Shown here: positions 9,274 to 17,167 of the stretch, one piece after another
Position numbering within the stretch: the first letter of the stretch is position 1
How the letters are laid out: every line of letters begins with the position of its first letter
IMG/VR virus record: IMGVR_UViG_3300024350_000252
Span: 124,001 to 188,000 of that record
Length of the DNA: 64,000 nt
Reading direction: 5' to 3' (one strand)
Translations under genes and position numbers: made by a program
The notes under the pieces: model-generated
Database searches by the model: none
Seen by the model: the letters and a program-made list of their open reading frames with translations, nothing else
What the model was told of the DNA's origin: nothing

Positions 9274-11048
9274 TAAAGATCAAGAATTTAACTGTTAAAA
9301 ACTTTATGAGTGTGGGTAATCAAACCCAAGCTGTGGATTTTGACAAGGGTCTGCTAACTTTGGTGCTAGGTGAAAATCTAGATCTCGGCGGCGATGATAT
9401 AGGAGCCCGCAACGGCACAGGTAAAACTACTATCATCAATGGTTTAAGTTATGCTATCTATGGACAAGCACTGACAAATATCAAACGTGATAATCTTATC
9501 AACAAGATCAATAGCAAAAACATGCTAGTTACTATCACGTTTGACAAGGATGGGCAAGAATATCATATTGAGCGCGGACGTAAACCCAATCTACTGAAGT
9601 TTAGCATTAACGGTCAAGAACAAAACCCAGACGATAAAGACGAAAGTCAAGGCGATTCTAGAGAAACACAGAAAGAAATCGAAAAAGTAATAGGTATGAG
9701 CCACGACATGTTCAAACACATCGTGGCTTTGAATACCTATACCGAGCCTTTCCTTAGCATGAAACCCAACGACCAACGTGCTATTATCGAACAGTTGTTA
9801 GGAATCACTATCTTGAGCGAAAAAGCCGAACTGTTAAAAGAAGGCATACGCATTTCTAAAGACATGATCGCTGCCGAAAATACCAAGATAGAAACTATCA
9901 AGGTATCTAATGAGCGCATACAGCAAAGTATCGAAGCATTAGAAAGAAAACTCAAACTATGGCAAACTAACAAAGATAATTCTATCAATGATCTAGAAAA
10001 AGCTATCAAGAAACTTGGTTTGATAGACATCGATCAAGAGATTGAAAATCAAAAAGCACTGGCAGAATGGAGCAAGAACAAAAAAGATCTAGACAGTCTC
10101 AATTCGCAGATGTCTAGACAGTCTGCGACCAAAGATAGAGAACAGAAAAATCTAGATAAACTAGAAAGCGAACTGCTGACTTTAGCTGAACACAAATGTC
10201 ATAGCTGTGGACAAGACATTCATGACGAGAAACACATGGTTATGGTCGAGAAAAAAGCACAGCAAGTAGAAGAAAGCCAAGCTGCCGTTGCTGAATCAGA
10301 AAAACAAATAGCAGAACTACTAGACGCTATCGCAGAAATAGGCGAGCTAGGAGCAGCACCTCTGGTTAATTACGACAATATCGACGATGCTTATAATCAC
10401 AAGACTACTCTTAGCGGTCTAGAAAAAGATCTAGCAGCCAAACAAGCTGAACAAGATCCGTATCAAGAACAAATCGATGAACTTAGAAACACAGCGGTAC
10501 AGGAAATAGACTGGAGCAAGGTCAATGATCTAACCAAAGTCAAAGATCATCAGGAGTTTTTGTACAAATTACTGACTAACAAAGATAGTTTTGTACGTAA
10601 AAAAATCATTGATCAGAATTTAAACTATCTAAACACACGTCTAACTTATTATCTGGATAAGATAGGATTGCCACATACTGTGGAATTCCAAAGCGATCTT
10701 ACTGTGCTTATCACACAACTAGGACAAGATCTAGATTTTGACAATCTAAGCCGAGGAGAACGCAATAGATTGATCTTGAGCTTGAGCTGGGCGTTCCGTG
10801 ATGTGTGGGAAAACCTATATCAAAGCATCAATTTACTGTTTATCGACGAAATGATCGATTCAGGCATGGATGCTAGTGGTGTAGAATCCAGCATAGCTAT
10901 CCTAAAGAAGATGACACGTGAACGCGAGAAGAATGTGTTTTTGATCAGCCATAGAGACGATCTAACCAGCAGGGTTAATCAGGTGCTCAAGGTCATCAAG
11001 GAAAACGGTTTCACTTCATATTCTAACGATGTAGAAATACTACAATGA
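9270..11048 (+). CDS. Recombination ATPase subunit, gp46 (Rad50/SbcC-like)
   Basis: Walker A NGTGKTT, zinc hook CHSC within a coiled coil, signature LSRGE, Walker B LFIDE, H-loop ISH; ATGA overlap with gp47. Confidence 0.95.
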   Translation: MIKIKNLTVKNFMSVGNQTQAVDFDKGLLTLVLGENLDLGGDDIGARNGTGKTTIINGLSYAIYGQALTNIKRDNLINKINSKNMLVTITFDKDGQEYHIERGRKPNLLKFSINGQEQNPDDKDESQGDSRETQKEIEKVIGMSHDMFKHIVALNTYTEPFLSMKPNDQRAIIEQLLGITILSEKAELLKEGIRISKDMIAAENTKIETIKVSNERIQQSIEALERKLKLWQTNKDNSINDLEKAIKKLGLIDIDQEIENQKALAEWSKNKKDLDSLNSQMSRQSATKDREQKNLDKLESELLTLAEHKCHSCGQDIHDEKHMVMVEKKAQQVEESQAAVAESEKQIAELLDAIAEIGELGAAPLVNYDNIDDAYNHKTTLSGLEKDLAAKQAEQDPYQEQIDELRNTAVQEIDWSKVNDLTKVKDHQEFLYKLLTNKDSFVRKKIIDQNLNYLNTRLTYYLDKIGLPHTVEFQSDLTVLITQLGQDLDFDNLSRGERNRLILSLSWAFRDVWENLYQSINLLFIDEMIDSGMDASGVESSIAILKKMTREREKNVFLISHRDDLTSRVNQVLKVIKENGFTSYSNDVEILQ

Positions 11049-11275
11049 GCACAGATACGCATGATCGCTTGATCAAAGCCTTCCAGGAATATTTTAAATG
11101 GCAGGACAAGTTTGAGTACGGCACAAGCGATGCTGCTGGTATAAAGGCACGATATTGGTTATCAGAAATACGCAATGAGGCAAGTGTAAGGCGAGTAGAA
11201 ATACAAAACAAAAGGCAAAACCGTAAGGAATCCAGAAAAGGCAAGCTAGGAAGGCCACCGAAAATAACTAAGTGA
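11045..11275 (+). CDS. Small basic protein, possibly histone-H1-like (Hc1-type) DNA-binding protein
   Basis: 76 aa, K/R-rich C-terminus; AAGIKARYWLSEIRNEASVRRVEIQ resembles A.G.RARK.L.EI......R.EI of small phage basic proteins (recognition by eye). Confidence 0.4.
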   Translation: MSTDTHDRLIKAFQEYFKWQDKFEYGTSDAAGIKARYWLSEIRNEASVRRVEIQNKRQNRKESRKGKLGRPPKITK

Positions 11276-11710
11276 GTGCTTTGGACATATCAAAATCAAA
11301 TCGTAGAAGAAATACCCGAAGGCTATATTGGCTTTGTTTATCTCATCACGAATCTTACTACCGGCCAGAAGTACATAGGCAAGAAACTAGCACAATTTAA
11401 ACGTACTAAACCTCCTCTCAAAGGCAAAAAACTCAAGCGCAGAAGCACAGTAGAAAGCGATTGGCGCGATTACTGGGGTTCTAGCGACAGGTTAAACGCA
11501 GACGTCCAAGCATTAGGTCCGGAAAACTTCACCAGAGAAATACTTTATTACTGTAAAAGCAAGGCAGAAATGGGCTATTTAGAGGCAAGAGAGCAGTTTG
11601 AACGCCGAGTTTTAGAAACAGATGACTATTATAATGGCATTATAAACGTCAGAGTAGGCGGCTCAAACATACTTAGGCAGCGTCTTTTAGAGCACGAAAA
11701 GGCAAAATAA
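11276..11710 (+). CDS. Stand-alone GIY-YIG family endonuclease (Seg-like)
   Basis: 144 aa; GFVYLITNLTTGQKYIGKK (GIY-YIG motif), YWGSS, FTREIL, YLEAREQF, YYN; GTG start abuts the upstream stop codon. Confidence 0.85.
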   Translation: MLWTYQNQIVEEIPEGYIGFVYLITNLTTGQKYIGKKLAQFKRTKPPLKGKKLKRRSTVESDWRDYWGSSDRLNADVQALGPENFTREILYYCKSKAEMGYLEAREQFERRVLETDDYYNGIINVRVGGSNILRQRLLEHEKAK

Positions 11711-12175
11711 TCGCCAAAAAAACCCGCACCGGTGACTGTTATGGTGCCCAAAATCCGCTCTGATGTGTGGCGGTAAGGAACTCTACCTTGGCGAAGAGGT
11801 ACTCAGCAACTATCCTTTACAGGACGTCGATCGCAAAAAAGCCTGCGGTTTTGCTGTTTGAACGGAGTCAATATAGGCTAAATGAGGGGAGAAAAACCCC
11901 ACGTATACGCTAGTGATAGCAGATTAGCGTATGCCGCCGTCATGATAAGACGGAGCTCGAGGTACCGGATGACCGCCTCTGTAATGCTCTACTGCTGTGT
12001 GACTGTGCTACTCAGATAATGCTCAGTTTTATTTTTAGCCCGGCGACGGGCTAAGTGTGACCATACTATCTAGATAATACTTAAATGCTTCGCATCTAAG
12101 ATTAAATACTATCAGAAGAAATAAAATGTGGCTGAGCGAAAGCGATAGACACAAGTGAGCGTAGCTCACTTCAAA
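11711..12175 (+). ncRNA. Candidate large structured non-coding RNA (family not recognised)
   Basis: About 465 nt with no credible ORF, ~46% GC by hand count against AT-rich spacers elsewhere. At least 11 local helices, e.g. GTATACGCTA 11903-12 / TAGCGTATGC 11925-34; TTAGCCCG-GCGA-CGGGCTAA 12035-54; AAGTGAGC/GCTCACTT 12153-71; GC-GAAA-GC 12136-43. GNRA loops favour + polarity. Ends are approximate. Confidence 0.65.
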
Positions 12176-12179
12176 AAGA

Positions 12180-12186
12180 ATAAATA
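12180..12186 (+). promoter_or_regulatory. T4-type late promoter (ATAAATA)
   Basis: ATAAATA about 27 nt before the 417-aa gene. The same TAAATA core recurs before many structural genes: - strand 1674-80, 7299-7305, 14611-18; + strand 14589-96, 21587-93, 22489-95, 26426-32, 27248-54, 30513-19, 35813-19, 42261-68, 48389-95, 56441-47, 59768-74, 63332-38. T4 gp55 recognises TATAAATA. Confidence 0.7.
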
Positions 12187-12213
12187 TAAAATAGAATTTA
12201 GGAAACGTTCACT

Positions 12214-13467
12214 ATGAGAATCAATGATATCTTAATCGAATCACAGGTCAAAGAAGCACCACAAGGCATGCTCAAACGAGCTGGACTTGGTATAATGAGT
12301 AAATTTGGCAGTGATAAAGCTGCTGGTAAACTAGATACTGGTGCTATCGCTAATGCTCTAATGAGAGATTTTAACAGATTCCTTGGTGCTACTAAGCTAG
12401 AACCTGATGCTGATGCTGTACTACGTTTCCTACAAAGCAAAGGTTATCCATCTGATGGCGCTAAGATGGTTTTAGACAAAGAAGCTAACTCTGCTACTGG
12501 TAACAGAGCTCCGAAAGGTCCTATGGGCGGTGGCATCATGGGCAAGATGAAAGGCGCTGCTGGCTCTTTAGGCAACAGGCTAAAAGCTAATCCTGAACAG
12601 CCACAAGACAGGATTGAGCCAACAGGAGACGACGATGCGACAGCTACAGCTCAACCTAGCGCATCACAAGCACAACCAACAGCACAACCAACAGCAACAG
12701 CACAACCAACAGCAGCAGCACAACCAACAACAAAACCTAGCGCATCACAAACACAAACGCCAGCGCAACAGAACACTAATAAAATTGATAAAAAAGCACG
12801 TAAAGCCGCAGGTAAAGCTGCTATGGCTACACAGCAGGCTGCAGCTGACGCTCAGAACAAACCTGGATGGGCACGGACCGCTGATGATAAGATAAGAATA
12901 CAGGCCGCAAAAGGTGTTAATGCTAATGCTGCCGGATCTTTTAAGTCAGGAGCAGCTAAAATCCGTTCTAAAGGTCTAAACATGAGCATGTACACTGAAG
13001 AAGCTCTTCCACAAGCTACACTAGACAAAGCATTCATGCAAGCTGCTCATGATGCTGCCAAGATGGGCTATGGACTAGATCCAAACACAGGTAATATCGT
13101 TGACCAAGGTGGTGCCGCACAAGGTCCTATGGGTGGAGGCAATCAAGGTGCTGCCCAGGGCGGTGGCAGTGCTTGGGACAGTTTTAAACAAGGTGTCGCT
13201 GGAGGTCTAACTGGACAGCAAGCAGGCGATGCTTCTGGTGGCGGACAAAGCGGTATACAAGGTTCGCTAAACGTCAATGCGTTAACACAGCTATTGCCTA
13301 ATGTCAATCCAGCTCAATTAAAAATGGCTGTGAGCACGGTCAAGAGCGGTGGACAGTTAAGTAGGACACATCAAGCAGTGCTAGCATCTGCTATGATCGA
13401 TCTGATGAAAGCTGATCCTGCTACTACACAAAAAGCATTCACGCTGTTAAAACGAATACAGGCTTAA
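12214..13467 (+). CDS. Hypothetical low-complexity late protein (possible internal head protein)
   Basis: 417 aa, A/Q/G-rich with AQPT repeats; preceded by a late promoter; N-terminus MRINDILIE. Confidence 0.75.
   Translation: MRINDILIESQVKEAPQGMLKRAGLGIMSKFGSDKAAGKLDTGAIANALMRDFNRFLGATKLEPDADAVLRFLQSKGYPSDGAKMVLDKEANSATGNRAPKGPMGGGIMGKMKGAAGSLGNRLKANPEQPQDRIEPTGDDDATATAQPSASQAQPTAQPTATAQPTAAAQPTTKPSASQTQTPAQQNTNKIDKKARKAAGKAAMATQQAAADAQNKPGWARTADDKIRIQAAKGVNANAAGSFKSGAAKIRSKGLNMSMYTEEALPQATLDKAFMQAAHDAAKMGYGLDPNTGNIVDQGGAAQGPMGGGNQGAAQGGGSAWDSFKQGVAGGLTGQQAGDASGGGQSGIQGSLNVNALTQLLPNVNPAQLKMAVSTVKSGGQLSRTHQAVLASAMIDLMKADPATTQKAFTLLKRIQA
12653..12750 (+). repeat. Coding tandem repeat (AQPT/ASQ units)
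   Basis: GCACAACCAACA units repeated, flanked by a 17-nt direct repeat AACCTAGCGCATCACAA at 12653-69 and 12734-50. Confidence 0.85.
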
Positions 13468-13700
13468 AAGAAAGGCAGTCCAGAAGTCTTAGCGATTTCT
13501 ATATTTTCTTTTACTAACTTCTGTATTATTTCTCTTTCCTCATAGCTGAGGTTCATGGCTTCGGTATAAGACATTCCTCCACGCAGGTACCATATACATC
13601 TAAAAGCTTCAAGTTTAACGTCTTTGGCCTGTTCGTCAAGGGCTTTCGTCTCAGCCAGGATTTCATCAATCGTTAACGACGAAAGCCTGAACCGAAAAAA
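13464..13700 (-). CDS. gp51-like extension reading frame, probably reached by -1 frameshift from the upstream gp26-like ORF
   Basis: Open -1 frame FFRFRLSSLTIDEILAETKALDEQAKDVKLEAFRCIWYLRGGMSYTEAMNLSYEEREIIQKLVKENIEIAKTSGLPFF*. There is no ATG/GTG/TTG before the internal MSY. The stop codon overlaps the convergent stop of the 417-aa gene (TTAA 13464-67). Confidence 0.75.
   Translation of the reverse strand, partial: FFRFRLSSLTIDEILAETKALDEQAKDVKLEAFRCIWYLRGGMSYTEAMNLSYEEREIIQKLVKENIEIAKTSGLPFF
13641..13700 (-). promoter_or_regulatory. Programmed -1 ribosomal frameshift signal (slippery heptamer plus 3' stem-loop)
   Basis: T TTT TTC heptamer (13700-13694) in the correct phase (GAT TTT TTC), 6-nt spacer GGTTCA, then a perfect 10-bp stem GGCTTTCGTC (13687-78) / GACGAAAGCC (13650-41) with a 27-nt loop. 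Confidence 0.75.
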
Positions 13701-14578
13701 TCCGAGCTGTCCATGTTAAGATCTACGGACCATTCGTGCTCGCATTTGGAACATTTGGCTTTAAATGAGCTCATAGTTCCGCTTTCTTTGCTTTTGTTTA
13801 CAGCATCAGTGATAGATTGGAATATAGATTTATCAGCGTTGGTTAAAAATTCTCTGATAAACTCTGGATTATCTGTGCTACCTTCTGTACTTTCGATCTT
13901 ACTAATACAATTAACAGCAGAATCGATAGTCAAATCAGTGAGCTTGACAAAACTTTCTTGGAACATCCTAACTTTTTCCTGTTCCTCGATACGATCATCA
14001 TTGATGATAGAAAATATACGCTGGTGTTCAAATGCTTTTAAGCTGACTTTGGTCAATTGATTGTAGTCCATAGGACGTAGATGAACCAACATACTATCGC
14101 CTATCTCGACAGTTTTATTGAAATTTACTTTGTTAAGACTATCTAACACATTCCTTAGATCAACAGCTAGATCATTTACAGTTTCGCATTTAGGACAACC
14201 TGCGGTGACATCCATTTCTTCGCCGTAGGTAGCGATACGGATAGCTACTAAGATAGCATCAACATCTAAGCTAGGCACTGCCCAACCATCTTTGATGTTA
14301 GGTACACAGCTACGTATAACTTCTACAGTAGCAGCACCGTTCATCAGCGCATCTGGTGTTTTAAACAACAGTTCATCTCGAGCTGTCATAGCAAACACAG
14401 GATACTCGTTGTTGATAGTTTTTTCTAAAGCACCTTCTGGGTAAAACTCTCCTTTGCTAGGCAGCGAAATCCAAATTTTGGGCTGTCGAAAAAATGCTGC
14501 TAGAGGATTTTTATCTGTTTTCACAGCAGGTGCTGGCTGCGCAGATGTTGGGTTTAAGTTGTTGATAAATTCTGCCAT
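13673..14578 (-). CDS. Baseplate hub assembly / tail assembly chaperone, T4 gp26-like
   Basis: 301 aa; LPSKGEFY, MTARDELLFKTPDALMNG, DVDAILVAIRIATYGE, and two CxxC pairs (CPKC, CSKC), typical of gp26-like proteins. Confidence 0.8.
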   Translation of the reverse strand: MAEFINNLNPTSAQPAPAVKTDKNPLAAFFRQPKIWISLPSKGEFYPEGALEKTINNEYPVFAMTARDELLFKTPDALMNGAATVEVIRSCVPNIKDGWAVPSLDVDAILVAIRIATYGEEMDVTAGCPKCETVNDLAVDLRNVLDSLNKVNFNKTVEIGDSMLVHLRPMDYNQLTKVSLKAFEHQRIFSIINDDRIEEQEKVRMFQESFVKLTDLTIDSAVNCISKIESTEGSTDNPEFIREFLTNADKSIFQSITDAVNKSKESGTMSSFKAKCSKCEHEWSVDLNMDSSDFFGSGFRR

Positions 14579-14588
14579 TTTCTATACC

Positions 14589-14618
14589 TATAAATATAAT
14601 AGTGTTCAGATATTTATA
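14589..14618. promoter_or_regulatory. Face-to-face pair of perfect T4 late promoters
   Basis: TATAAATA on + (14589-96) and TATAAATA on - (14611-18), 14 nt apart, between the divergent chaperone and tape-measure-like genes. Confidence 0.7.
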
Positions 14619-14656
14619 TGCGTAGATTTCTGGCATTTTCATAATTGGTAGGAAAG

Positions 14657-17167
14657 ATGGCCATACAAAAAGTACAAATCCTGGGTGGTGAACTAGACGG
14701 TGTCGTTATTGAAAACGCTGCCAGCGAAGCTACCTTACAGGAAATTATCAAATCGGTCAATTCTATCAACAAATCCATGGGCGGCAGTTCTGGTGGCGGT
14801 GGAGGCGGTGGTGCTGCTAACAGAGCAGACAATACTGATAAAGCCAAATCTGAATGGGGTAAAAAACTAGCTAAAGGCATAGGTGCTTTAGCAGGAACTA
14901 CTACTAATCTCGCTGGCATGATAGCCAGCGGCAGCGACAAGATGAGTGAATATTCAGCGGCGCTGAATAATGGACTGATCAAGAATTTGCCTTTCGTTGG
15001 AGAAACACTTGGTGCTCTAGGAGATGTGTTTGTCCAAGGTGTTAAAGTACTAGAAGGTTGGAACGATAATCTTAAAAAATCATCGTCATATGGTGCTAAT
15101 TTTAACAACAGCATCATGGAAATGAGATCAGTAGCAGCCGGTCTTTACCTAGACATGGACGGACTTAGTCAATTAATAGCTAAACGCAGCAAAGATTTTG
15201 CTATGCTAGGACGAGGAGTCACTGAAGGTGCGAGAGAAGTTTCAGATTTTTCTCGAGAAGTTTATAAAGGTTCAGGCGGTGTTGGTGAAAGGATGCTTAA
15301 CTTGGGCAGAACTGTTGACCAACTAGCAGACAACATGACCTCTTGGTATACCATGGTCAACCGAGGTGTGAGAGACAATAGGATACAAGGACCAGCAGCA
15401 GCCCAAGCCTTTGAAAGTTACATGAAAAACATCATGTTGATTTCTAGGATGACTGGAGAAAGCGTAGAGGATCTACAGGCAAAAGCTGAAAAAGAAAGTC
15501 AAAACGCAGCTTTCCAATTAAAATTAAACAGCTTGGCTCCTGAAGCTAGAAACCGTATCATGCAACAGATGACCTATTTCCAAAGCATGTATGGCGAAAC
15601 TGGAGCTGAACTGTTTAGAGCACTGTATCTAGGAGTAGCACCACAGACTGATGCTGCTCAATTGTTAATGACACTAAATCCTCAACTGGTAGCAGAAGCA
15701 AGACGAGGACAAGCTCTAGCTAAATCAGGACTAGATGAAGAAGAATACGGCAAGCGTATGAGAAGAAGCAGAGCCGAAAGTCTATTCCAATCTGCTAGAC
15801 TAGGTAAAGCCAATGACGCACTTTATTCTATGATAGCCAGTGGTGCGCCTGGCATGAAAGAAATAGGGCAGTCCACGGAAGCATTAAACAGGACTACTCT
15901 AAAAATTGCGAACATGAAATCTGTAGATGAGATAGAAGGATTCTTGTTACAGCTTGAAAATCAAAATAAAGAAGGTGATCCATTAACTAGGATATTAAAT
16001 GCGTTTGGACTCAGCGCACACGACTTCCAGACAAAAGTGATAGATGTGCTATTGCCGATATTAGAAGGTATAGGTAGCGAATTGATCAAAGCTGGTGTAG
16101 CTGACAAGATGAAAGAAATGGGCACGACACTAGGCCGATGGGTAGGTGAGTATCTACCCGATGCTGTAGGATTTTTTGAAGAACTTACAGATGCTAATGG
16201 GTGGAAAAGATGGAATGTCAAGATCGAATCATGGTTTAGCACTATAACTGCTTATCTAAGATATGCTATAAGGAAAGCCTTTGAAAGTCCTGAAGCAGAT
16301 AATCAACTAAAACAAGAATTAGAAGAAGTACTCAAACAGAAAGAACGTGATCTAGCAGCTATTCCTAAACCAGCAACACCGATAGCTGACGCAGCAAGAC
16401 GTGGTTATGCTGCGGCATTAGAAACACAAAGAAGAGAAGCACGTGAAGCAGCCGCTGGCGGCGGTGCTCCTATTCCCGGAGGACCTGGACCTGCTCCACA
16501 AGGTTATACTTATGGTCCTCAGGAAAACATGACCGACGGCAGCAACGGTCGACTACCAGACAGCGCATTAGCTAGCATAGGACAAGGACGTCATAGATTA
16601 CAACCAAGCGCGGCTAGAGCTTTTATAGCCATGGCTGATGCTGCTCGTCGAGAAGGTATCAATCTAAATGTAACTGATTCATATAGAACATTCGCAGAAC
16701 AAGTAGACGTTAAAAATAGAAAACCCACACTGGCTGCTCGACCAGGATTTTCTAAACATGGTTGGGGATTAGCAACAGATATCAATGTACGTGATCCTAA
16801 AGTTTTTGATTGGCTAAAAAGGAATGCTACTAGATTTGGATGGGAAGGGCCTTTACAACAACCATACGAACCATGGCATTGGCAATTTAAAGGAATGAGT
16901 ACTGGTACCTTAGGTACTATGGGAAAATTGTTTGGAGAGTTTGGAGCAGGAACTCCTGTCGAACTACACGGACGAGAAGCTGTTATCACACCTAGCCAGA
17001 TGGAAGATATAATCTCAACAGGCGGCAAGGTTAATGTAGGAGAAATGATCAATGATCTAAATTCTAAGATGAACACTCTTATCAGCATCTATAAAGAAAA
17101 AATAGACATTAATAAATCTCACCTAGAAACTTTAAGACATCAATCAGGTAATATGATCTATGCCTAA
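14657..17167 (+). CDS. Tape-measure-like protein 1 with C-terminal M15 (VanY-like) peptidase
   Basis: Long helical A/E/K/Q-rich body. SYRTFAEQ...SKHGWGLATD...EPWHWQF carries the M15 zinc motifs SxHx6D and ExxH. ATG at 14657 is preferred to the ORF-track start at 14645. Confidence 0.75.
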   Translation: MAIQKVQILGGELDGVVIENAASEATLQEIIKSVNSINKSMGGSSGGGGGGGAANRADNTDKAKSEWGKKLAKGIGALAGTTTNLAGMIASGSDKMSEYSAALNNGLIKNLPFVGETLGALGDVFVQGVKVLEGWNDNLKKSSSYGANFNNSIMEMRSVAAGLYLDMDGLSQLIAKRSKDFAMLGRGVTEGAREVSDFSREVYKGSGGVGERMLNLGRTVDQLADNMTSWYTMVNRGVRDNRIQGPAAAQAFESYMKNIMLISRMTGESVEDLQAKAEKESQNAAFQLKLNSLAPEARNRIMQQMTYFQSMYGETGAELFRALYLGVAPQTDAAQLLMTLNPQLVAEARRGQALAKSGLDEEEYGKRMRRSRAESLFQSARLGKANDALYSMIASGAPGMKEIGQSTEALNRTTLKIANMKSVDEIEGFLLQLENQNKEGDPLTRILNAFGLSAHDFQTKVIDVLLPILEGIGSELIKAGVADKMKEMGTTLGRWVGEYLPDAVGFFEELTDANGWKRWNVKIESWFSTITAYLRYAIRKAFESPEADNQLKQELEEVLKQKERDLAAIPKPATPIADAARRGYAAALETQRREAREAAAGGGAPIPGGPGPAPQGYTYGPQENMTDGSNGRLPDSALASIGQGRHRLQPSAARAFIAMADAARREGINLNVTDSYRTFAEQVDVKNRKPTLAARPGFSKHGWGLATDINVRDPKVFDWLKRNATRFGWEGPLQQPYEPWHWQFKGMSTGTLGTMGKLFGEFGAGTPVELHGREAVITPSQMEDIISTGGKVNVGEMINDLNSKMNTLISIYKEKIDINKSHLETLRHQSGNMIYA

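Noticed and set aside
11997-12078. CRISPR or TIGR-type array
   Set aside because: Only two full degenerate copies, no cas or Nop-domain gene in the window, and the unit geometry does not match.
11711-12175. Group I intron carrying the GIY-YIG ORF, or RNase P, tmRNA or hammerhead identity for the structured region
   Set aside because: No interrupted host gene or 5' intron portion (the nuclease abuts the upstream stop). Only loose resemblance to R/S elements (CTCAGCAACTA, AATATAGGCT) without a P7 pairing. No GAGGAAAGUCC, tRNA-like ends or CUGAUGA/GAAA core.
12153-12180. Intrinsic terminator at AAGTGAGC/GCTCACTT
   Set aside because: Followed by an A-rich rather than U-rich tract on +, and the U-tract precedes the hairpin on -; treated as part of the structured RNA.
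12614-12895. Q/H/N-rich 93-aa ORF in an alternative frame
   Set aside because: By-product of the AQPT tandem repeat of the 417-aa gene.
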